Shown here: piece by piece, positions 47,801 through 54,117 of the stretch
Numbering within the stretch: position 1 is the first letter of the stretch
Layout of the letters: every line of letters starts with the position of its first letter
NCBI GenBank assembly: GCA_036267975.1
Contig: DATAVA010000026.1
Span: forward strand, 8,482-72,481
DNA length: 64,000 nt
Origin: Steroidobacteraceae bacterium
GTDB lineage: Bacteria; Pseudomonadota; Gammaproteobacteria; Steroidobacterales; Steroidobacteraceae
Direction of reading: 5' to 3'
The notes under the pieces: generated by a model
Databases searched by the model: none
What the model was told of the DNA's origin: nothing
Seen by the model: only the letters and a program-made list of their open reading frames with translations
Program-made: the position numbers and the translations under genes

Positions 47801-48502
47801 GTTGCGGCGCTGCAAGGAGCAGTCACGCTCGCCCAGCGCGACGACCCGACCGGCCCCGTCGCCGAAAATCTGCACTTCGATATGGCGCGCGCGCGGTACA
47901 AAGCGCTCCAGATAGACTCCGCCATTCGCAAAATTGCTGCCCGCGAGACGCTCGATGGAAGCGAATGCCTCGCGCACTGTGGCGGCGTTTTCGCAGGTAC
48001 GCATGCCGATACCCCCGCCGCCGGCGGTGGCCTTGAGCATGACCGGATAGCCCACCCGCTCAGCCGCATGAACCGCGGTATGCTCATCGCCAAGCAGGTC
48101 ACTGCCCGCCATGAGTGGCAGGCCCGCCTGCTGCGCGATCTGGCGAGCGGTGTGCTTGAGGCCAAAGGCACGGATATTCTCCGGCGTAGGTCCGATGAAA
48201 GTGAGGCCAGCCTGCGCGCAGCGTTCGGCGAACTGCGCGTTCTCGCTCAGAAAGCCATAACCCGGGTGAATGGCAGTGGCGCCGGTGCTGCGGGCGGCCG
48301 CGATGATGGCATCCATGTGCAGATAGCTCTGTGCGGCAGGTGCAGGCCCGATACGCACGGCCGCGTCGGCCTCGCGAACATGCAGCGAGCCTAAGTCCGC
48401 GTCCGAGTACACCGCGACCGAATCTATCCCCAAGCGGCGCAGGGTGCGAATGATGCGGCACGCAATCGCGCCACGATTGGCGATCAGGACCTTGTTGAAC
48501 AT
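44885..48502 (-). CDS. uca: Urea carboxylase-type biotin enzyme (likely guanidine carboxylase)
   Basis: 1205 aa. Biotin carboxylase N-terminus MFNKVLIANRGAIACRIIRT, KipI/KipA-like carboxyltransferase middle region, biotinyl motif EAMKME. Confidence 0.92.
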   Translation of the reverse strand: MFNKVLIANRGAIACRIIRTLRRLGIDSVAVYSDADLGSLHVREADAAVRIGPAPAAQSYLHMDAIIAAARSTGATAIHPGYGFLSENAQFAERCAQAGLTFIGPTPENIRAFGLKHTARQIAQQAGLPLMAGSDLLGDEHTAVHAAERVGYPVMLKATAGGGGIGMRTCENAATVREAFASIERLAGSNFANGGVYLERFVPRARHIEVQIFGDGAGRVVALGERDCSLQRRNQKLMEEAPAPHLPAATRASLRDAALRLGRAAHYLSAGTVEFLYDPERDQFFFLEVNTRLQVEHGVTEQVTGVDLVEWMVRGAAGELDFLDTWKDASVGASIQARIYAEDPDQDFRPCSGVLSQVKFAPNVRVETWVTDGSEVSACYDPLLAKLIVTARDRDSAVRAMQTALDHTALQGLETNLEWLRQAARSEAFVSGQLFTAMAQSIQFQPQTIRVQSGGLATTVQDHPGRRGYWDVGVPPSGPMDALSFRIGNQLLGNPPDAAGLEITLHGPVLLFRRDTRICVTGAALEASVDGAAIDAFRPVRIRAGQTLKLGRIRGAGMRAYLLLAGGIDVPVYLGSRSTFTLGRFGGHAGRTLVAGDVLRLCEPRPVATTANALAISPPRLTHAWVLRVLYGPHGAPDFFAPEDIDMLSSVPWKVHYNSSRTGVRLIGPRPRWARRDGGEAGLHPSNIHDNAYAIGTIDFTGDMPIILGPDGPSLGGFVCPLVVIQADLWKVGQLAPGDSLSFEIVSDTQARAAEDSMEALFGDPPPPLPSSAARGKPQHSPVLDTIAARSQRPQVVYRRQGDRHILVEYGPLMLDLTLRIRIHALMLELQRRALPGVIDITPGVRSLQVHFDSRVLTQDALLAALADAEDRIGDLTEFSIPSRVIHLPLSWGDPAIYATIEKYMASVRSDAPWCPDNIEFIRRINGLPSINAVRDIVFDARYLVMGLGDVYLGAPVATPLDPRHRLVTTKYNPARTWTPPNVVGIGGAYLCIYGMEGPGGYQLFGRTVQMWNTWQQTKAFTEDKPWLLRFFDQIRFFPVSHAELTEWRRDFPLGRRDVRIESATFSLAAYRLFLAANAPAIETFQTQRQAAFEAEREAWVRDKEFSRVEKLLQEPADVAAITSVIPAGSEVLEAPLGGNVWKVNVRPGDRVARGTVIAVIEAMKMECDVPAPQAGIVRAVYVQPRQAINPGAAIIALETQGHEV

Positions 48503-49131
48503 CAGATATGTCCGGCGATCACCATGCGCAGGGCCGTGGGATTAAAACCATTGCAGGGGTTGTTGATCTGGGGGCAGTTGGAAACCACGGCCGTCAGATC
48601 CATCTGCGCCCTCAGGTCCACGTGCAGCCCCGGGGCGGATATGCCGTCGACGATACCCAAGGTCCCGTCGGCTTCGATTGGTACATTCATGAACCAGTTG
48701 ATGTTGGACACCATGTCGCGCTTGCCCCGCCCGTAGCGCAGATTGGCGGCGAGAAAATTTTCGACACATGCGTGCTGCGACTGGGTATGGAAGCCGTAAC
48801 GCAAGGTATTGCTCTCGCAGCTGCACGCTCCACCGATGGTGTCGTGATGGTCGACATCGGTGCCTGCGATCAGCGCCATGGGATTACCTTCATTCGAATA
48901 CAGCATCGAGCCTTGGCGCAGGTACACATTGTGCTGCGCCGCGATGGTCTCCTGTGCGCTGTAGCGCTCGGCGTCATCCGCTGTCGCATACATCAGGAAG
49001 TCGGCGGATTGATTGCCCTGCAGATCAATGATGCGCAGGGTTTGCCCTTTGCGCACCCGATGTGACCACGGCGCCCGCGATGGCACGATCTGATCCAGGA
49101 TGATCGGCCCCAATCCGGCCAGCGCATTCAT
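48502..49131 (-). CDS. Urea-carboxylase-associated DUF1989 protein 2 (carboxyguanidine deiminase subunit type)
   Basis: ATG 49131 lies behind GAGGTG. 209 aa, paralogous to 49139..49960. Its stop overlaps the carboxylase ATG by 1 nt. Confidence 0.85.
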   Translation of the reverse strand: MNALAGLGPIILDQIVPSRAPWSHRVRKGQTLRIIDLQGNQSADFLMYATADDAERYSAQETIAAQHNVYLRQGSMLYSNEGNPMALIAGTDVDHHDTIGGACSCESNTLRYGFHTQSQHACVENFLAANLRYGRGKRDMVSNINWFMNVPIEADGTLGIVDGISAPGLHVDLRAQMDLTAVVSNCPQINNPCNGFNPTALRMVIAGHI

Positions 49132-49138
49132 AATCACC

Positions 49139-49960
49139 TCACCGGGCAAAATAATCTTCAACGTTCAGAAAAGCCCGTAAGCCCTCCGGGGTCGCGTTGC
49201 GAAGCGGATCCTCCGCCGGCGTCGGCTCACCCCGCCAGGCGCTCATCCGGACCGGCGTCACCGTGTAATCGGCGCGCGCATCGAGTCGATGGGGACAGTT
49301 CGCCATCACGACAAAGACATTCATTTCGGCCCGAAGCGTCAGCGTGCGGCCCGGCGCGCAAGGGCCCGAGGCAAACTCGGTGGAGCCATCCGCGGTAATC
49401 CGAACGGCCTTGAACCAGTTGATGCAGGGATGAATGTCCCTGCGCCCCAGCCCGAATTTGCTGACCGCGAGGGCGAAGCGGTCGCGGGCGTTGGGATGGG
49501 CGCCCCAGCTATCCCCATCTCCGTACCTTGCGGCATTGGAGTGCACCGTCGAGGCACCGCAAAAGCAATCGTGGGTGCCGGCGCCATCTTCAATGACACT
49601 CATCAGCACGCGGCCCATATCCGAGAGCAGCAAGTGGCCCGCTCCCAGGTAGGCGTTCCACTGGACTTTGATGGTGTCCGCAACGTTCAAGCGTTCAACC
49701 GGGCGCTCCGCGTTGAAAACGAGCATGGAGACGCAGGCGTCGCCGAGCACGTCCTGCAGCTGCAGGCGTGCCCCGCGCCAAAGTTCCTTGCTGGCGTAGC
49801 CGCCCGCGCCCAGTGTCGTTTCCCACAGCATGCTGCTCGCGGGCACTCCCGGTGGCCGCGATGCTGCGACACCGGCTGGCAAGGTGGGCATAGCCGCTAC
49901 CCGAATGTCGCCCATGGCCCGGGCGTGCGCCCGGGCGCTGTGAGGGTCGGCCGTGCTCAC
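49139..49960 (-). CDS. Urea-carboxylase-associated DUF1989 protein 1 (carboxyguanidine deiminase subunit type)
   Basis: 273-aa ORF. Its GTG start overlaps the TGA of the NikR-like gene. Blocks such as NCPH/INWF are shared with 48502..49131. Confidence 0.85.
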   Translation of the reverse strand: MSTADPHSARAHARAMGDIRVAAMPTLPAGVAASRPPGVPASSMLWETTLGAGGYASKELWRGARLQLQDVLGDACVSMLVFNAERPVERLNVADTIKVQWNAYLGAGHLLLSDMGRVLMSVIEDGAGTHDCFCGASTVHSNAARYGDGDSWGAHPNARDRFALAVSKFGLGRRDIHPCINWFKAVRITADGSTEFASGPCAPGRTLTLRAEMNVFVVMANCPHRLDARADYTVTPVRMSAWRGEPTPAEDPLRNATPEGLRAFLNVEDYFAR

Positions 49961-50445
49961 CGTGCACCTCGAATAGAACGTGGCGCGGGACTTGCGGGCT
50001 GCTCGGCGCCATGCGAATGCAGTGGTGGCAGCAACGCGGTGGTGGTGACCAGTTTGATTTGCTGTACGCCGCGTACCGTGCGCAGGGCATCACATAGCGA
50101 ATGCAGGCGCACCGCCGGACCTTGCACCAGCAGCACCTCCAGTGACTGGTCGTCCTCGAGCAGGACGTGCTGCGAGGAGATCACTTCCTTGACGTAGGCG
50201 GTTTGGGTGTTGGCTAGCGCATGCCGCACCCGGCCGCTCTCGGCCTTGTAGATCAAAGTGAGGGTGCCGGCGAGTACCGCGTCATCGCGACTCTCGCTGT
50301 GCTCAGCCAATTCGTGACGAATCAGCTCAGCGATCATCTGGGAGCGGCTTGGGAGGGCGCGCTCGGCGACCATGTCATCCAGCTGCGTGAGCAGTTCAGC
50401 CGGCAGGCTGATACTCAAACGTGCAAGTTGCGGCAGTACGTCCAC
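49957..50445 (-). CDS. NikR-fold ribbon-helix-helix regulator (CopG/NikR family)
   Basis: 162 aa. RHH LSISLPAELLTQLDDMVAERALPSRSQMIAELIR followed by an ACT-like C-terminal domain that aligns to NikR_C. Confidence 0.8.
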   Translation of the reverse strand: MDVLPQLARLSISLPAELLTQLDDMVAERALPSRSQMIAELIRHELAEHSESRDDAVLAGTLTLIYKAESGRVRHALANTQTAYVKEVISSQHVLLEDDQSLEVLLVQGPAVRLHSLCDALRTVRGVQQIKLVTTTALLPPLHSHGAEQPASPAPRSIRGAR

Positions 50446-50459
50446 TAGGGCAGCCCCGT

Positions 50460-50489
50460 AGTATTACTAAAATTGAGTTTAGTAATACT
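50460..50489. promoter_or_regulatory. Perfect 12-6-12 inverted repeat, NikR-operator-like (GTATTA-N16-TAATAC)
   Basis: AGTATTACTAAA-ATTGAG-TTTAGTAATACT. An AT-rich island in GC-rich DNA, 15 to 44 bp upstream of the regulator start codon. Confidence 0.7.
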
Positions 50490-50609
50490 CCAGGAGGGTG
50501 CGCCCCTGTCAAGCGAGTGCGCGAAGATGGTGCAGGTTAGCCGCAGGCGCGCCACGCAAGTGCGCCTGCGTCCCGATGCGCCGCGCGTGAGCGGCGCCGC
50601 TTGCGGGTA

Positions 50610-51245
50610 TTAGGGAGTAATGCTTAGGAACACCACTTCGGCGGTGCCGTTGGCGCCCGGCTTGGCGGCTCCGTTGACCTTTACGCCCGGCCTCACCATG
50701 GCGGGAGAGCCCGCGTCGATCTTGGTAATGTCCGTGTCCGCACCGACGTGGATGGCCTGCTCACCACCCCTGTAGGTCACCTTGATGGTGGCGCTGGCGC
50801 TGCCGGAGTTGGCGGTCACCTGGCCATTGGTCATGGTGGCGACATTGCCGTTGGTCATGGTGGTGTTCGGGGGCCCCATCGGATTGTGCCCTTCACCCAT
50901 GCCACGCATGGATTCAGGGAAAATATGGCATTCCGTCGCATGCAGCAGGTTGTCGGCGCGCTTGACGGCCGTGCAGCCGACAAACTTGCCCGGACCCAGG
51001 TCGGCCACCGTGCCTTTGCCGCTCACCATGATGTTCGGCTTGTCAGGAAAGGTAAGCTTCACATCGCCCCCCTGCTGGGAATGAACCACGAAGCTGTTGC
51101 CGCTGGCACTGGCGACGGTACCGCCGAAACGGATCAGGCCGGCGAAGGGATTCGGCGGCGCGGAGGAGGCCTGCGCGAGCACCGGCCCGGTTGCGGCCGC
51201 ATACAGCAGCAGGCCACAGGCGGTCATCAGGGTTCTGAGGGTCAT
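50610..51245 (-). CDS. Hypothetical secreted protein with Met/His-rich segment
   Basis: 211 aa with a signal peptide ending VLAQA. Central CTAVKRADNLLHATECHIFPESMRGMGEGHNPMG and a TMTNGNVATMTNG repeat. Confidence 0.65.
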   Translation of the reverse strand: MTLRTLMTACGLLLYAAATGPVLAQASSAPPNPFAGLIRFGGTVASASGNSFVVHSQQGGDVKLTFPDKPNIMVSGKGTVADLGPGKFVGCTAVKRADNLLHATECHIFPESMRGMGEGHNPMGPPNTTMTNGNVATMTNGQVTANSGSASATIKVTYRGGEQAIHVGADTDITKIDAGSPAMVRPGVKVNGAAKPGANGTAEVVFLSITP

Positions 51246-51307
51246 CGTCGTTCTCCTTAAGGCGCTGCAATGCGCACCGCAATTCGATGGTGTATATCTG
51301 CAGACCG

Positions 51308-52756
51308 ATGCGACAGGTATTTCATTACATCAAGGGTTGCCGGTTGCCGGGCCATGGCACCCGCCTGGGCGAAGTGTTCGACCCGGCCAGGGGGCAGGCC
51401 CAGGCGCAGGTGCCGCTGGGAGGAATTGCCGAGCTCAACGCCGCGGCCGCGGCGGCGCTCGCCGCGCAGCCGGGCTGGGCGGCGCAGAGCGCCCATCGGC
51501 GCTCGCAGGTGCTGTTCCGCTTCAAGGCCCTGATTGAAGAGCATATGGAAACCCTCGCGAAGCTGCTCTCCAGTGAGCACGGCAAGCTGCTGGCCGATGC
51601 CCGGGGTGACATCCAGCGTGGACTGGAGGTCATTGATTTTGTCTGTGGCGCCCCGCAACTGCTCAAAGGCGAGTTCTCGGCGGGTGCCGGGCCGGGGATC
51701 GACGTATGGTCCATGCGCCAGCCGCTGGGCGTGGTTGCCGGCATCACGCCCTTCAATTTTCCCGCCATGATTCCGTTGTGGATGCTGGGGCCGGCGATTG
51801 CCGCCGGCAATGCCTTCATCCTCAAGCCCTCGGAGCGCGTCCCTTCGGTGGTCGTGGAACTGGCGGCGCTGCTGAGCGAGGCCGGGGCTCCGGAGGGCAT
51901 CCTGAACGTCGTACACGGCGACCGCGAAATGGTCGAGGCGATTCTCGGACATGCGGCCGTCAAAGCGGTGAGTTTTGTCGGCTCATCCGATGTGGCCCAG
52001 CATGTGTACGCGACGGCGGCCGCCGCCGGCAAGCGCGTCCAGGCCATGGGCGGTGCCAAGAACCATGGCCTGGTACTGCCGGATGCCGACCTCGATGCGG
52101 CCGTTGCCGCCATTGTCGGGGCCGCGTTTGGTTCGGCCGGCGAGCGCTGCATGGCGTTGCCGGTGGTGATCCCCATCGGGGAGAGCACCGCCGTGGCGCT
52201 GCGTCAGCGCCTGCTCGTTGCGATCAAGCAATTGCGCGTCGGCGCCGCCGATGATCCGCTTGCAGACTATGGTCCGCTGATCACCGCCGCGCACAAACAG
52301 CGCGTCGAGCGTCATATCGCCATGGGCATTGATGAAGGCGCCGAGCTGGTCATCGATGGTCGCGCTGTGAGCGTCGCGGGGCACGAGCGCGGCTTTTTTC
52401 TGGGCCCCACCTTTTTTGATCGCGTGCGCGCCGACATGCGCAGCTACCAGGAAGAGATATTCGGTCCGGTGCTGCAGATGCTGCGGGTCGATTCCCTGGA
52501 GCAGGGCATCGCCCTCGCCTCAGCGCATCCGTATGGCAACGGTGTGGTGGTGTTCACCCGCTCGGGGGAGGCTGCGCGCTGCGTCGCCGAACAGGCCGAG
52601 GCCGGCATGGTCGGCATCAATGTCCCGATCCCGGTGCCCGTGGCCTACCATGGCTTCGGTGGCTGGAAGCGCTCAGCCTTCGGCGATCTCAATCAATACG
52701 GCACCGACAGTATCCGTTTCTTTACCCGCACCAAGATCGTCACGCAACGGTGGTGA
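51308..52756 (+). CDS. mmsA: CoA-acylating methylmalonate-semialdehyde dehydrogenase
   Basis: ITPFNFPAMIPLWM, ILKPSERVP, catalytic GERCMAL. The start could be ATG 51308 or ATG 51287. Confidence 0.9.
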   Translation: MRQVFHYIKGCRLPGHGTRLGEVFDPARGQAQAQVPLGGIAELNAAAAAALAAQPGWAAQSAHRRSQVLFRFKALIEEHMETLAKLLSSEHGKLLADARGDIQRGLEVIDFVCGAPQLLKGEFSAGAGPGIDVWSMRQPLGVVAGITPFNFPAMIPLWMLGPAIAAGNAFILKPSERVPSVVVELAALLSEAGAPEGILNVVHGDREMVEAILGHAAVKAVSFVGSSDVAQHVYATAAAAGKRVQAMGGAKNHGLVLPDADLDAAVAAIVGAAFGSAGERCMALPVVIPIGESTAVALRQRLLVAIKQLRVGAADDPLADYGPLITAAHKQRVERHIAMGIDEGAELVIDGRAVSVAGHERGFFLGPTFFDRVRADMRSYQEEIFGPVLQMLRVDSLEQGIALASAHPYGNGVVVFTRSGEAARCVAEQAEAGMVGINVPIPVPVAYHGFGGWKRSAFGDLNQYGTDSIRFFTRTKIVTQRW

Positions 52757-52760
52757 GGGC

Positions 52761-53318
52761 TCACCACATCAGATCGTCGGGAACGACGAAATCCTTGTAG
52801 GCCTCATCCACGACTTCGATCGTGCTGCTGATCTGACCTTGCGCGACGACGGCGCGCGCGTCGCGTTCGCGGATCTTCTCCGCGATATTCGGGGGTACCA
52901 GTTCGTAGCGTCCTTCGCAGCGCACCAGCATTACGTCCCCGCGCGTGATGCGTTCGCGTAGCGCGGCATCGGCGCGGATGCGCCGCACCTTGCCGCCGTC
53001 GATGAAGTTGTAGGTCTCCTCCACGTCCGGTCGCGCAATGCGGTTTTCGCTCACCAGTTCGCGGATCTGGGCGTACAGTGCCTTGCGCTGTGCCTTTTCC
53101 TGTTGTTTGCGGTTCAGCTCCTGGTCGCGGGCCGCCTTGGCGTCGGCCTGCTTTTTGGCGGCAATTTCCGCGGCCGTCGGGCCGTTGCGCTGTTCGCGGG
53201 GCTGGTGCTTCTGGCCCTGATACTGCTTGCGCTGTGCTTGCCGCTCGGCTTCCTTGACCTGCTGCTCATTGACCAGCCCGGCCTGCAACAACTGGTCACG
53301 TAGTGAAAGTGAACTCAT
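52761..53318 (-). CDS. DUF2058-family protein
   Basis: 185 aa. MSSLSLRDQLLQAGLV, a highly charged K/E/Q/R-rich middle section, and a C-terminal VPDDLMW. Confidence 0.8.
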   Translation of the reverse strand: MSSLSLRDQLLQAGLVNEQQVKEAERQAQRKQYQGQKHQPREQRNGPTAAEIAAKKQADAKAARDQELNRKQQEKAQRKALYAQIRELVSENRIARPDVEETYNFIDGGKVRRIRADAALRERITRGDVMLVRCEGRYELVPPNIAEKIRERDARAVVAQGQISSTIEVVDEAYKDFVVPDDLMW

Positions 53319-53335
53319 AGTCAGTCCCGAACGGT

Positions 53336-53932
53336 TCAGGCGAACCTGCCGGCCTCGTCAAATGTCAGGCGCGGATTGCGCGCAAAGAGTTTTTCATCCG
53401 TGCCGTATCCCAGCGAGCAGATGAAGTTGGAGCGGATGCGCGTATCGGCAAAGAACTCGCGATCGACGCCGGCATTGTCGAAACCGGACATCGGGCCGCA
53501 GTCGAGGCCCAGGGCGCGCGCCGCGAGGATCAGGTAGGCGCCCTGCAGGCTGCCGTTGCGGAACGCCGCCGTTTCGGAGGCGACCGGATTGCTGGCAAAA
53601 TTGGCCTTCATGGCTTCGCCGCGTGCCGGGAACAGTTTCGGCATCTGCTCGCCAAAGGCCAGATCGTAACCAATGATGACGGTCACGGGCGCCGCCAGAA
53701 TCTTTGCGTGGTTCGCGTCGGAGGCCAGGGCGGCGAGCTGCGCCTTGCCCGCCGGTGAGCGCACCCACACAAAGCGCGCCGGATTGCTGTTGGCCGAAGT
53801 GGGACCCCATTTGAAGAGTTCATACAACTCCCGTAGCTGCGCGTCGCCGACGGCTTCGGGACTCCAGCCATTGCGGGTCCTGGCAGTACGGAACAGTATG
53901 TCCAGCGCCGGTCCGTCGAGTTTTTCGTGCAT
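53336..53932 (-). CDS. Nitroreductase-family malonic semialdehyde reductase (RutE-like)
   Basis: ATG 53932. 198 aa. [14 protein letters not shown]...[17 protein letters not shown]...[20 protein letters not shown]. Confidence 0.85.
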   Translation of the reverse strand: MHEKLDGPALDILFRTARTRNGWSPEAVGDAQLRELYELFKWGPTSANSNPARFVWVRSPAGKAQLAALASDANHAKILAAPVTVIIGYDLAFGEQMPKLFPARGEAMKANFASNPVASETAAFRNGSLQGAYLILAARALGLDCGPMSGFDNAGVDREFFADTRIRSNFICSLGYGTDEKLFARNPRLTFDEAGRFA

Positions 53933-54117
53933 GTAGTGATCCTGTTGATTTGTGACAGTCCTTGTCGCCAAGGGCTGCTGGGCGGAAGGAATGTTACACC
54001 GCGGCCGGCGCGCGGCGAAGGTGCGCAAATCCTATGCTGTTTCGGGCAAAGGATGACATTTAAGCGCGACGACTGCGCATAAAATGCGCCTCCTTCAGTT
54101 ATACCGTTGCCGATAGC

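Noticed and set aside
49957-50445. Calling the regulator a genuine nickel-responsive NikR
   Set aside because: The fold and operator geometry fit NikR. However, three of the four canonical Ni ligands appear substituted in my manual alignment, so I annotate it only as NikR-fold and leave the effector open.
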